From the NCBI GenBank assembly GCA_963699155.1, contig OY969414.1, forward strand, positions 1,227,757 through 1,291,756: a stretch of DNA of 64,000 bases, given 5' to 3'. Every line of letters begins with the position of its first letter. Within the stretch, counting starts at the first letter, position 1. Shown piece by piece: positions 43,051 through 52,669 of this stretch. The stretch is from an uncultured Chlamydiales bacterium (GTDB taxonomy: Bacteria; Chlamydiota; Chlamydiia; Chlamydiales; JAAKFR01). Under the pieces are notes generated by a model. It was not told where the DNA came from. It worked only from the letters and a program-made list of their open reading frames with translations, and did no database searches. The translations under genes were made by a program, and so were the position numbers.

Positions 43051-45879
43051 TTAAAGACTTTTATTAAAGTGGCTGATTTTTTCTTGGATCAGTATTGATT
43101 GTTCTTGCGCTTGCTTCAATGCGATTTTCTGTTTTTCGACAAGTTCGGGCTGCGCTTTCGCATGAAAGTCGGGGTTAGAAAGCAGCTGCTCCAGCTTTTG
43201 AATCGTCTGTGCGGCTTTTTCTTTTTCTTTTTCGAGTCGTGCCAATTCTTTCTGAAGGAGTTCTTCAGGTAGAGGAACAATCACCTGAAGGCTACCTACC
43301 ATGCCAGTGGCTCCTAGCCCTATTTGAGGGGCTGTTTTGACAAGCTCGATGCGGTTGCATTTGACAAAAGCACGGATCGTTTCGGGATTCTCTTCGTAGT
43401 CACCCACGATAAAGAGATCGGTAGCGAGATGGGGGGGAATGTTCATTTCTCCCCGAATGTTGCGGAGCGTATAGATCATCTCTTCGAGCAGTGCAAAGCG
43501 CGCCTCAATTTCAGGGTGGATATCGGCAGCATTGATGAGTTGGGGATAAGGGGCAACGGCGCAGGAAGGAGAGAGAAGCGATTCAATGGTGGCACTTGTG
43601 TATCCATCTGCATGGGGATTTTTTTGTAGGACTGGGAAGCGGCTTTTCAGCTGTTGGAAGAGCTCTTCAGTGATAAAGGGGGCCATCGGATGAAGAAGAC
43701 GGATGCTGTTACAGAGGAGAGCCACCAGAATTTTCTGTTTGTTCACTTTTTCGGTTGGAGTTCCTTGTTTGCCAAAGAGAAAAGGTTTAGTCATTTCGAC
43801 ATAGTAGGCGCAGAACTCTTTCCAGAAAAAATTGTAAGCAGAAGCTGCAGCTTGATCAAAGGCATAAGTGGCTAGATGGTGGTTGATATCACGGTTGAGG
43901 TGGTTAACGGCAGAAAGAATCCATCGGTCTTCCAAGGCGAGAAGGGAGAGGTCGATCCCTTTTTGAAACTCTTCGCTAGAAAGCCCTTCCAAATTCATAA
44001 AGACAAAGCGGGCCCCATTCCAGATCTTATTGGCAAAGTTTTTGAACTCTTCAAAGCGCCGTCTGTCGAGATCGATTTGAGGTGTCTGGTTGGCGCATGA
44101 GCAGAGAGACATCCGCACCGCATCGGTCCCATATTCAGCGATCATGTCGAGGGGATCGATCACATTCCCTTTCGATTTCGAGAGCTTTTCCCATTTCGAA
44201 GAAACTCCAGGAGGGAGTGGCTTTCCAAGATCATATTCCCGTTTTTCTTCTCCGGTGATGTAGAGGATGGAGCCCTCTTTTTGCTTCCAATAGGATTTGC
44301 CATAGATGAGTCCATGGAGGAAGGTCTCAGGAAATGGCGGAACTCCGAGCGCATATTCTCCCATCAGGATCATACGGGCGACCCAGAAAAAGAGAATGTC
44401 GTGGCCAGTGACCAGCACGCTGGTAGGATAAAATTTCTTCAGCTCAGGAGTCTCTGCAGGCCAACCTAGTGTACTGAAAGGCCACAACGCAGAAGAAAAC
44501 CAGGTATCGAGTACATCGGGGTCTTGCTCCCACATTTCTGGCTCAGCAGCCACTTCTGGAGGCACTCCTTCACCCGCATAACAGATCACTTGCTCGGGAT
44601 TATCTTTGCGGTACCAAACGGGGATGCGATGGCCCCACCAGAGCTGTCGGCTGATGCACCAGTCGCGTAAGTTATCCACCCAGTGAAAATAGGTCGTCTC
44701 CCATGTTTTAGGGATGATTTTGACCTTACCCTCTCGAACAGCGCTCTGGAGCTTGGGTTTAAATGGCTCCATCTTCACAAACCACTGCATGGAAAGATAG
44801 GGCTCGATCACCGCTTTCGAGCGATAAGAGACCCCCACCCGTAAAAGATGGCGCTCTACTTTTTCCAAGAGCCCTAAAGCAGTCATCTCCTTGACGATCG
44901 CCTGCCTCGCCTCTTCTCGGCTCAATCCTTTAAAGGGGCCGCCATTCTCATTGATGAAGCCATCAGGGGTCATGACGTTAATCATCGGAAGCCCATGCTC
45001 AATTCCCATCCGGTAATCATTCGGATCATGGGCCGGCGTGATCTTGACCATGCCAGTACCAAAAGTGGGATCGACATGATGGTCAGCAATCACAGGGATT
45101 TCGCGTCCTAAGAAGGGAAGGCGCACCTTTTTTCCGATCAGACCTGTATAACGGGGATCTTTGGGTGAAACGGCGATCGCCGTATCCCCCAGCATTGTTT
45201 CAGGCCGAGTGGTCGCAATGGTCACATAGCCTGATCCATCGACAAGAGGGTACTTCAAGTACCAGAGCGAGCCCTCGCGCTCTTCATATTCGACCTCATC
45301 ATCTGCAAGAGCCGTCTGCGTCACAGGGTCCCAGTTGACCAGATAATTTCCCCGGTAGATCAAACCCTCTTCAAAAAGCCGCTTGAAGATCGTTTTGACA
45401 GCCCGATTGCACCCCTCATCCATTGTGAAGCGCAGTCGGGACCAATCGCAGGAGCAGCCCAGCTTTTTCAGCTGAGAGAGAATCGTCTTTTCGCTCTTCT
45501 CTTTCCACTCCCAAACCCGCCCGAGAAACTCCTCTCGGCCATATTCGATCCGCCGCTTCCCTTCCGTCGCCATCAGATGGCGCTCTACCACCGTCTGCGT
45601 CGCAATCCCGGCATGATCAGTTCCCGGCACCCAGAGCACCTCATAGCCACTCATCCGCTTCCATCTTATCAAAATGTCTTGCAGCGTACTGACCAGAGCA
45701 TGTCCCATATGGAGCACCCCCGTCACATTGGGCGGCGGCATCACAATGCTATAGGCAGGCTTCCCCGACCCCGGATCAGCCTCAAAAAACCGACCCTCCT
45801 CCCAAAAACCATACCACTTCCCGTCAGTCACCTCGGGATCATAAGCTTTAGCCATCTCTTCCATAATGGCCGGTATCAT
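43051..45879 (-). CDS. valS: Valyl-tRNA synthetase
   Basis: PPPNVTGVLHMGHA, DWCISRQLWWGH, KLSKSKGN, C-terminal coiled coil. Confidence 0.97.
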   Translation of the reverse strand: MIPAIMEEMAKAYDPEVTDGKWYGFWEEGRFFEADPGSGKPAYSIVMPPPNVTGVLHMGHALVSTLQDILIRWKRMSGYEVLWVPGTDHAGIATQTVVERHLMATEGKRRIEYGREEFLGRVWEWKEKSEKTILSQLKKLGCSCDWSRLRFTMDEGCNRAVKTIFKRLFEEGLIYRGNYLVNWDPVTQTALADDEVEYEEREGSLWYLKYPLVDGSGYVTIATTRPETMLGDTAIAVSPKDPRYTGLIGKKVRLPFLGREIPVIADHHVDPTFGTGMVKITPAHDPNDYRMGIEHGLPMINVMTPDGFINENGGPFKGLSREEARQAIVKEMTALGLLEKVERHLLRVGVSYRSKAVIEPYLSMQWFVKMEPFKPKLQSAVREGKVKIIPKTWETTYFHWVDNLRDWCISRQLWWGHRIPVWYRKDNPEQVICYAGEGVPPEVAAEPEMWEQDPDVLDTWFSSALWPFSTLGWPAETPELKKFYPTSVLVTGHDILFFWVARMILMGEYALGVPPFPETFLHGLIYGKSYWKQKEGSILYITGEEKREYDLGKPLPPGVSSKWEKLSKSKGNVIDPLDMIAEYGTDAVRMSLCSCANQTPQIDLDRRRFEEFKNFANKIWNGARFVFMNLEGLSSEEFQKGIDLSLLALEDRWILSAVNHLNRDINHHLATYAFDQAAASAYNFFWKEFCAYYVEMTKPFLFGKQGTPTEKVNKQKILVALLCNSIRLLHPMAPFITEELFQQLKSRFPVLQKNPHADGYTSATIESLLSPSCAVAPYPQLINAADIHPEIEARFALLEEMIYTLRNIRGEMNIPPHLATDLFIVGDYEENPETIRAFVKCNRIELVKTAPQIGLGATGMVGSLQVIVPLPEELLQKELARLEKEKEKAAQTIQKLEQLLSNPDFHAKAQPELVEKQKIALKQAQEQSILIQEKISHFNKSL

Positions 45880-45971
45880 AGACTTTCAGTGGCGGAATCT
45901 CAACTTCTTTCCTAGAGCTATTATCTCGAAAGGCTATTATTAATAGAGTCTATGACATACTCCAGTTCAAA

Positions 45972-46517
45972 ATGCGCTATATTTTAGGACTTATTCCCCA
46001 AGAACAGCAAATAGGGGCCTTTAGCAAGGCTGCTCAAGCGGTTTTTTCATCTATTTGCGATGGATATTTGCTGAGTGAGGGGAAAAGTTTTCCTCATGTA
46101 ACCCTCTCTTCTTTTCAGTGTAGTGATCAGAAATTGGCCGCGATCTGTGAAGCTGTCCGACAATCGCAAATTACAGAGTGTCCCATTCGTATTCTTGGGC
46201 TGACGTTTAAAAAAGGAAAAATTCCTCCTCAACACTACTCAGTTAGTTTATCCATTGCCAGGGAATCTTCTCTTTTAGAGCTACACAATATCACGCTGAA
46301 AATTCTGAGAGAATTTGGCATTGAGCTTTTAAATCCCCATTCAGAACTCTATTTACCCCATTTAACCTTAGCAGGAATTCGCTGGCCACACTCAGAGTCG
46401 ATTTCTTTATCTTCAATTCTCGACGATCTGATTGCGATGCCAGTTGAACCTTTTCGTTTGGTCCTAGGTAAAGGCGATGATATCGGCCAATATCTTGAAA
46501 CGATACGGCTGTTTTGA
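45972..46517 (+). CDS. 2H phosphoesterase (2'-5' RNA ligase-like) family protein
   Basis: Two HxT motifs, PHVTL and PHLTL, ~87 aa apart. Confidence 0.7.
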   Translation: MRYILGLIPQEQQIGAFSKAAQAVFSSICDGYLLSEGKSFPHVTLSSFQCSDQKLAAICEAVRQSQITECPIRILGLTFKKGKIPPQHYSVSLSIARESSLLELHNITLKILREFGIELLNPHSELYLPHLTLAGIRWPHSESISLSSILDDLIAMPVEPFRLVLGKGDDIGQYLETIRLF

Positions 46518-46545
46518 CTAAAAGGGATCGATTCCTCTATGACGT

Positions 46546-47430
46546 TTATAAGAAAAGATTTTGATCCAGCAGCTCTTCGATGAGCTTTCTACTGAGGAGG
46601 GATTCGAAATTATTCGGATCGGTGAGGCCGGCGGCAACAATGGAAGCCTTCCACAAGGCCCAGGCAGTGGCCCGGAGCCAGGTTGCGGAGTCTAGATTGA
46701 GTTTTTTGCGAAAAAGTTCACGACTTTGCCCCTGAAATAGTGTCCAGGCAATCACCAGATCGCAGGCAGGGTCGCCGACAGCAAGCTGGCCAAAGTCAAT
46801 GACTGCAGAAAGCTTCCCCTCTTTTAGGAGAAGATTTCCTGCGCTGACATCTCCATGAACCCAAACAGCAGCTCCTTGCCATCTTGTTGACAAAGCCTTT
46901 TCCCAAATCTCCGTTGCTTTTGGCGCATTTATTTGGATGAGTTCGAGGGCTTGGCGCATCTCGGTATCGTAGACTTTGAGCGAACCGCCACGGTAAAAAC
47001 TATGAGCTCCCGCTCTGGGCCCTCCTCTTGTGTCGATTTTGTGAAGGGCATTGAGAAATTCTGCTAAAGAGTTGGCCAACTCCACCAGATTCACTGAGGC
47101 TGTTAAGGAGACCGGCTCTCCCTCAATCCAGCGATAAATCGACCAGTTCCAGGGATAACCCTCATCAGGTTTTCCCATTGCAAGTGGTTTCGGGATTTCA
47201 AGGGGCAGAAAGGGAGCCAGTCTTGGCAACCATTGCTGCTCTTTCTCCACCTGAGCAGCATATTCTTGCCGGCTGGGTAACCGGATTAACATCTCGTCAC
47301 CTAACCGAAAGCTTCGATTATCCCAACCCCCGGGTATAACTGGGTTAACTGGAAGCTCCTGCCATTGAGGAAATTGCTTTGCAATTAAGCGCTGAGCTAG
47401 GGCAGAATCTATTGGTGCTTTAGATGGCAT
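46546..47430 (-). CDS. Aminoglycoside phosphotransferase (APH)-family kinase
   Basis: GWDNRSFRLG, EQQWLPRLA, WVHGDVSAGNLL, VIDFG, GDPACDL. Confidence 0.88.
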   Translation of the reverse strand: MPSKAPIDSALAQRLIAKQFPQWQELPVNPVIPGGWDNRSFRLGDEMLIRLPSRQEYAAQVEKEQQWLPRLAPFLPLEIPKPLAMGKPDEGYPWNWSIYRWIEGEPVSLTASVNLVELANSLAEFLNALHKIDTRGGPRAGAHSFYRGGSLKVYDTEMRQALELIQINAPKATEIWEKALSTRWQGAAVWVHGDVSAGNLLLKEGKLSAVIDFGQLAVGDPACDLVIAWTLFQGQSRELFRKKLNLDSATWLRATAWALWKASIVAAGLTDPNNFESLLSRKLIEELLDQNLFL

Positions 47431-47462
47431 GCAAAAAAACTATCAGAGAAAGAGCAATTTTT

Positions 47463-47957
47463 ATGTTAAGAATATTATTCAGTTTGCTCCTGCTGCTGGG
47501 AAGTCAGCTGCTAGGAGAACTGATCTTCCAGGACCCACCTGAAAATTTTCAACCTAAAATGGAAGTTGTTGGTTGTTTTGTCATAGTGGGCGATCAAATT
47601 TTGTTTCTCAAGCAGTTACCAGACGATTCCGAGGCTAACGCATGGGGAGTACCGGGAGGAAAACTCAAAAAAAATGAAGTTGCAACTGTCGGAATGGTAC
47701 GTGAAATTTTCGAGGAGACAGGCATTCGATTGGACGCATGCTCGTTGCAAAACAAAGGCAAAGTCTACATTCGCTATCCAGAGATGGATTTTACCTATCA
47801 GATGTACGAAGTTGCTCTGAATGAATTCCCAGAGAAAATTGTGATTGATCCTCAAGAGCATAGCGAATATCGCTGGATGACCTTTAAAACTGCTTTAGAG
47901 CTTCCTCTCATTCGTGGAGAGGCAGAGTGCATTCATTTAGTTTATGGAGAACAATAA
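47463..47957 (+). CDS. Nudix hydrolase with a signal-peptide-like N-terminus
   Basis: Nudix box GGKLKKNEVATVGMVREIFEETG; MLRILFSLLLLLGSQLLG. Confidence 0.82.
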   Translation: MLRILFSLLLLLGSQLLGELIFQDPPENFQPKMEVVGCFVIVGDQILFLKQLPDDSEANAWGVPGGKLKKNEVATVGMVREIFEETGIRLDACSLQNKGKVYIRYPEMDFTYQMYEVALNEFPEKIVIDPQEHSEYRWMTFKTALELPLIRGEAECIHLVYGEQ

Positions 47958-47989
47958 GCGTAGCTTCACTCACTATTCGAGATTGTGCA

Positions 47990-48799
47990 ACAACCTCCTG
48001 AAGTTTGGACGTTTCTCAAATTAATTTAGAAAGTTACCCGACGCATCATCACTCGGCTGCGCTTCGCGCGCCTCGGATGATGGCGCGGGTAAAGCTCGCC
48101 GAAGGTCGCTCCGCTCCCAACGGCTCGCCCCTTAGGCCGCTTCAAGCTCTTCCATACGATCAGAAATTTGAGCAAGAAGCATTTTCTTATATGGGTAAAA
48201 AAAACAGGATCGGCCGGCCCCAAATAAATTTGGGGACCCCCCGGCCGGCAGGATCCCGCAAGCGGGGCAGGATGGGGTCGGCTTGCGTCACAAAGTGACA
48301 CACAAAAAAAGAGCTCCCTCCCTTGAACAAGAACAGTTTCTTCACATAGTTGTCACTATTTTTTCTTTTTCAAGGGAGGGAGCTCTTTTTTTGTGTTCCC
48401 CTTCGGGGGCAAGCCGATCCTCAACCCTATGGGACATTTCGATAAGGTTTTTCCATTTCGATTTTGAAGCCAGATTTTCTCAAAGCCACAACAAGAGCAT
48501 TTTTATAAACGTTCTCTAGAAAACCAACTTCAGTTTATTGGCTACATCAAAACAGGCTGAGCATGTACATATCCTATCCTGTCCCGCTTTGCGGGATCCT
48601 GCCGGCCGGGGGGTTCCCAAATTTATTTGGGGCCGGCCGATCCTGTTATTTTTTTGCTCATTGAAAAGCATGCCTATTGTAGGCGATTTCTGCAAAGAAT
48701 TAGAAGCTCTCTTACGCCACTACTTACCCTCTGCTCGAAAAAGGATCCGCGGGCAATTGATAAATTAATTTGAGAAACGTCCAAACTTCAGGGGGTTGT
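47990..48799. mobile_element. Non-autonomous MITE-like element with 39-bp TIRs and nested internal IRs
   Basis: ACAACC(T/C)CCTGAAGTTTGGACGTTTCTCAAATTAATTTA at 47990-48028, inverted at 48761-48799; GCA on both flanks; inner IRs ~48200-48273/48575-48655 and ~48301-48327/48369-48395. Confidence 0.75.
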
Positions 48800-48853
48800 G
48801 CAACAACCCCATTCTTGAGTTTTGATGCGTCCAGTTTATCTGTTTTTTTCTAG

Positions 48854-49402
48854 CTATTGGAGAGTAAAGCCGGCGAGGAAGAGGGCGGAGAGGAGGAGGC
48901 TATCGAGGGGGGTGTTGCTGGAGATGGCTTCGCGGAGCTGGTGGGGGTGGAAGAGGATGGTTTCGAGCCGTTCGGCGGGTTCGAGCTGCTGGGAGCCGGT
49001 GAGATGCGCATTGTGGGCGCGGACGAAGATCGTCTTTTGGGTGCAGATGCCTGGGAAGGGATAGGCTTCTCCGAGGATTTCAAAGCGCTCAGCAGTGTAG
49101 CCGGTCTCTTCGATGAGTTCGCGTGGGGCACAGGTGAGGGGGGGTTCGCCCGCATGGACGATGCCACCTGGGCAGCTGAGGAGAAAGCGGCGGATGGGCT
49201 GACGGTATTCCCAATTGAGAATGAACTGATTGTTCGGGGTAGTGGCGACCACCATCACCGAAAAAGGGGGCGTCTCGAGCGTGTAATAATCGTAGGTGTC
49301 ATGGGGTGTGATCTGGATTCTCTCTTTGCGGAGCTGGAAAAAGTCATTGTCGTTGAGAATGACCGAGTGGACGGTGGGGGGAATTTCATCATTCGGGAAC
49401 AT
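48854..49402 (-). CDS. Nudix hydrolase (ADP-ribose pyrophosphatase-like)
   Basis: EYRQP, PGGIVHAGEPPLTCAPRELIEETGY, YPFPG. Confidence 0.85.
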   Translation of the reverse strand: MFPNDEIPPTVHSVILNDNDFFQLRKERIQITPHDTYDYYTLETPPFSVMVVATTPNNQFILNWEYRQPIRRFLLSCPGGIVHAGEPPLTCAPRELIEETGYTAERFEILGEAYPFPGICTQKTIFVRAHNAHLTGSQQLEPAERLETILFHPHQLREAISSNTPLDSLLLSALFLAGFTLQ

Positions 49403-52256
49403 AGATATACTCCTCTCTTTCGAGGTAGCGATAGTAGGCTTCCAGCTCAGGATTTTGGCAGCAATGGTAGTAAAGAGTCAACTGCTGGTAGAGGCGTCGT
49501 CTCTCCCATAGGAAAGAGGTACTATACCAGGCAGGGGAGTCGGTGATTTTGTTCGTCAGCTCATGGCCGAGAAGAGCCCAAGAGCGGGGGAAGGGGGTAT
49601 CGATGACGCCTGCAAAATGGATTTGGGCGAGCTCTTCCCCTTCAGTCGCATAGAGATAACAGCCGTAGAGAGGATGGAGGAGGGTACCTTCAAGATTGAG
49701 CATTTCCAGCGGATAATTGTCGAAAATGGCGCCTGCAGCGTTCCAGAAACTCTCTTTGAGATAGGCCCAGATGCGGCATCCATCGAGAAAGATGCGCTCT
49801 TCACGTGAAAGGAGACGACCGGTGATATTATCGGCGATGAAGTGGACCTTTTCTTCCTGATCGGTTCTGAGAGCATATTGGAGAAGGTAGCCGATGGTGC
49901 GGAATTCCCGGACGCCGATCTCTTCCCGTTTGAGCGCAAAGAAGTAGTCTGTCGCCGCATCGAGCGATTGGGTATGGCAGATGTAGAGCGGCTCGAGCAG
50001 CTGGAACATCTCACGGATCTCGATCACTTCTGGGGGAGAAAGGGTGGCCTTCTGGCTCTCTACTTCGATCATCAACTTGTGGGCAAGTCCATAAGAGCCC
50101 AGCTCAAAAAGGCAATAGAGAATATCGCCCAAGGCTGCGCAGTCGAGCGGTTTCAATTTCATGGTTTCTTGGAAAACTTCAAGGAGGATATAGGGAGCTG
50201 CGAGCCAGAATGAGAGGGGTGTGGCAAAGCGGAGCTCATTGATTTTATCCGTTCCTAACTGGGAGGGATCGACAGGGCTTTCAATGAAAGGGAGGGTCTC
50301 CCAGTTTTTGGTCAGGTGCTTAAAAAGTCGTCTGAAATCACTACTCTGGACCACTTCAGGTAATAGTCTCAGCGCAATGAGGATCAGTTGATAAGCCGCT
50401 CTGCGGTTGGTTTGGGCAGCTTCATGCATGCGATAGACGATCTGCTCTTTGATGGCGCTGACGAGGGGGTGGCGGTAGTATCTGCGCAACCCCAGCTCGA
50501 GACATTTGATCTCTTCCGCATAATCGCGCAGTGATTGATAAACAAGTGCCTTCCCTAAATATTCTAAAGGGGCTCCAGGAGTATTGTGGAGCTTTCCAAA
50601 TTCTTCTAAAGCGAGTGCATAAAACTCTTCCGACTGCTTCTCTTTCCGCGCATTTTTGGCCTGCTCTAGCAGAGTAATGCCTGCGCGGAAGAGTGCTTCA
50701 CGCCCCTCTGCATGACCTGGAAAGGAGTAACCGATTCTGCGGTACTCGGCCAAAGCTCGCTTATAATCTTTGCTGGTAAGTAAAGCATCGGGGACCGATA
50801 GGCAGCTCACCTGGAGATTCTGACTGGCCACAGAGACCACAATCTCATCCATCTCAAAATCGGCATCTCGGGCTAAGATGCCCACATGCGCCCCAAAAAG
50901 GGGGAGGTAGCTTAAATAAGTCAGTCGATGCATATCATCGAGGGTGAAGTGGATATTGTTGTCGATCTTTTCGATCATCAGTGTATGCCAGCGATTCCGC
51001 TTGAGATAGAGCTCTGGGAGGTGCATCACCTGTACTGTGTTGCGGAAAAGATGAGCTCCTGGCATCAGCTCCGATCCGATCCAGAGGCAGAAGCCCTCGA
51101 GGGGATTATCCCTCTCCCCTGCTTCGGGGACACCGAGTAAAAAACCGATTCCAGACCCTGTTTCGCCAATCTGGATCCGTGTTTGGAGCCGCGTATTTTC
51201 TGAAAAGGAAAGCCTTGAGACCATGACGCTGACCCACTCGGCCGATTCGGTCGACCTTGTGATCGCAATGTGCTTTGAGACCAAAACATTTTCCTGAAAT
51301 TCCCAAGGCTCTTTTTTGGCAGGGTTGAGGCGGGCACTCTCAAACCATTCGGAGCGTCCCTCCATGTGGCTCATCAGATCATGGATCAGCGCTTCGGTCG
51401 TCTGGTAGCGCTTTTTCGGATCGGGTTCGAGGCATTTTTTGACGATGCGGGACAAGCGTGGGGGCACATCGCGGTAGGGAGCTAATTCCTCAGGATCGGG
51501 AAGCTTTTCATGTTTATAACTCTTTCGAAATTCTTTGATCGAGGTGCGGCTGAAGGGAAGGTGAAGTGTCAAAATCTGATAGAGGATCACTCCTAAAGAA
51601 TAAATATCGGTCTGGACCGTGGCAGGCTCTCCTAAAGCCCTTTCTGGCGCCATAAAGGCGACCGTTCCGACCAATTTTCCTGGGCTTGTTAAATCGGAAA
51701 CGGCCGACTCTTCTTCTACCTCATCCATCTCTAAAGGGGGTTCAGAAATGATTTGGGCCAGTCCCCAATCGAAGACGATCACTTCACCGAAGGTTCCCAC
51801 TAAAATATTTTCCGGTTTGATATCCCGGTGCAAAATCCCTTTCGAATGGGCATAACTGATGGTTTGACAGACACTTTTAAAGATAGGTAGCAATGCAGGG
51901 ATCGTCCCTTCGAACTGGGCTTTCTTCTGCCTCTGTTGGCAGTTTTTCAAGAGCTGCTTGAGCGTTTCTCCTTCGATATAGGGCATCGTGTAATAGATCT
52001 CATCCTCCTCTTGATGGATCGTATAGATCGAAATAATGCCCGGATGGGTCAGCTGTGAGGTGATTTTGGCTTCTCGCAAGAAACGGTTTTTAAGAGGAAG
52101 ATGCCGCTTAAGATCGGGGCGGATCCGTTTGATCGCGAGCTGGCGATCACAGATGGGATCATGCGCCAGCAAGACCTCTCCCATCCCTCCTCTTCCTATC
52201 ACGCGGATCAGTTCGTAAAGACCCAGCTGCTTCTGTGTGATCTGATCATTCTCCAT
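49389..52256 (-). CDS. pknD: Chlamydial Ser/Thr protein kinase PknD
   Basis: GRGGMGEV, AIK, HRDIKPEN, DWG, GTVAFMAPE; long TPR-like C-terminus; near valS as in Chlamydia. Confidence 0.88.
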   Translation of the reverse strand: MENDQITQKQLGLYELIRVIGRGGMGEVLLAHDPICDRQLAIKRIRPDLKRHLPLKNRFLREAKITSQLTHPGIISIYTIHQEEDEIYYTMPYIEGETLKQLLKNCQQRQKKAQFEGTIPALLPIFKSVCQTISYAHSKGILHRDIKPENILVGTFGEVIVFDWGLAQIISEPPLEMDEVEEESAVSDLTSPGKLVGTVAFMAPERALGEPATVQTDIYSLGVILYQILTLHLPFSRTSIKEFRKSYKHEKLPDPEELAPYRDVPPRLSRIVKKCLEPDPKKRYQTTEALIHDLMSHMEGRSEWFESARLNPAKKEPWEFQENVLVSKHIAITRSTESAEWVSVMVSRLSFSENTRLQTRIQIGETGSGIGFLLGVPEAGERDNPLEGFCLWIGSELMPGAHLFRNTVQVMHLPELYLKRNRWHTLMIEKIDNNIHFTLDDMHRLTYLSYLPLFGAHVGILARDADFEMDEIVVSVASQNLQVSCLSVPDALLTSKDYKRALAEYRRIGYSFPGHAEGREALFRAGITLLEQAKNARKEKQSEEFYALALEEFGKLHNTPGAPLEYLGKALVYQSLRDYAEEIKCLELGLRRYYRHPLVSAIKEQIVYRMHEAAQTNRRAAYQLILIALRLLPEVVQSSDFRRLFKHLTKNWETLPFIESPVDPSQLGTDKINELRFATPLSFWLAAPYILLEVFQETMKLKPLDCAALGDILYCLFELGSYGLAHKLMIEVESQKATLSPPEVIEIREMFQLLEPLYICHTQSLDAATDYFFALKREEIGVREFRTIGYLLQYALRTDQEEKVHFIADNITGRLLSREERIFLDGCRIWAYLKESFWNAAGAIFDNYPLEMLNLEGTLLHPLYGCYLYATEGEELAQIHFAGVIDTPFPRSWALLGHELTNKITDSPAWYSTSFLWERRRLYQQLTLYYHCCQNPELEAYYRYLEREEYIYVPE

Positions 52257-52304
52257 GAGATCGATTGTAACTCAATGCCAATTGCCAGAAAAGCCATAAG
52301 AGTG

Positions 52305-52628
52305 TTATTGAGCTCCAGGAAAATTCTCAGGTACAATGTACTCCTCAGGAGGCTCTTCGACCTCTGAGGATTTAAGGTACTTAATGAGCTGGTGTGAAAG
52401 ATCGGAAAGAACTAAAAGAGCAGCTCCCCCATTGAGGGCGTAGGCTAAGTGGGCGCACCCACTATCGCCAATATAGTGCATGATAGGAAACTTATGCAAA
52501 GCGGTTAAAGTGGCGAGCGTTCCCAGCACAACCGCGCCAGTCAACAGAGCCACATCGGTCCATGGAAAGGGTGCGGCTTGTTTGGGAGTGGGTAAGGGTT
52601 CTGAGCTTCCTCCAATCGGAAATGACAT
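52305..52628 (-). CDS. Small membrane protein (Inc-like hydrophobic hairpin)
   Basis: 107 aa, Ser/Pro-rich N-terminus, two hydrophobic segments, acidic tail. Confidence 0.55.
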   Translation of the reverse strand: MSFPIGGSSEPLPTPKQAAPFPWTDVALLTGAVVLGTLATLTALHKFPIMHYIGDSGCAHLAYALNGGAALLVLSDLSHQLIKYLKSSEVEEPPEEYIVPENFPGAQ

Positions 52629-52669
52629 ATCTCGATTATATCATTTTTTTGAACCGCAGGAACTGATTT

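Noticed and set aside
46546..47430. Bona fide aminoglycoside resistance gene
   Set aside because: Only family-level APH/choline-kinase motifs are visible; the substrate cannot be assigned from sequence.
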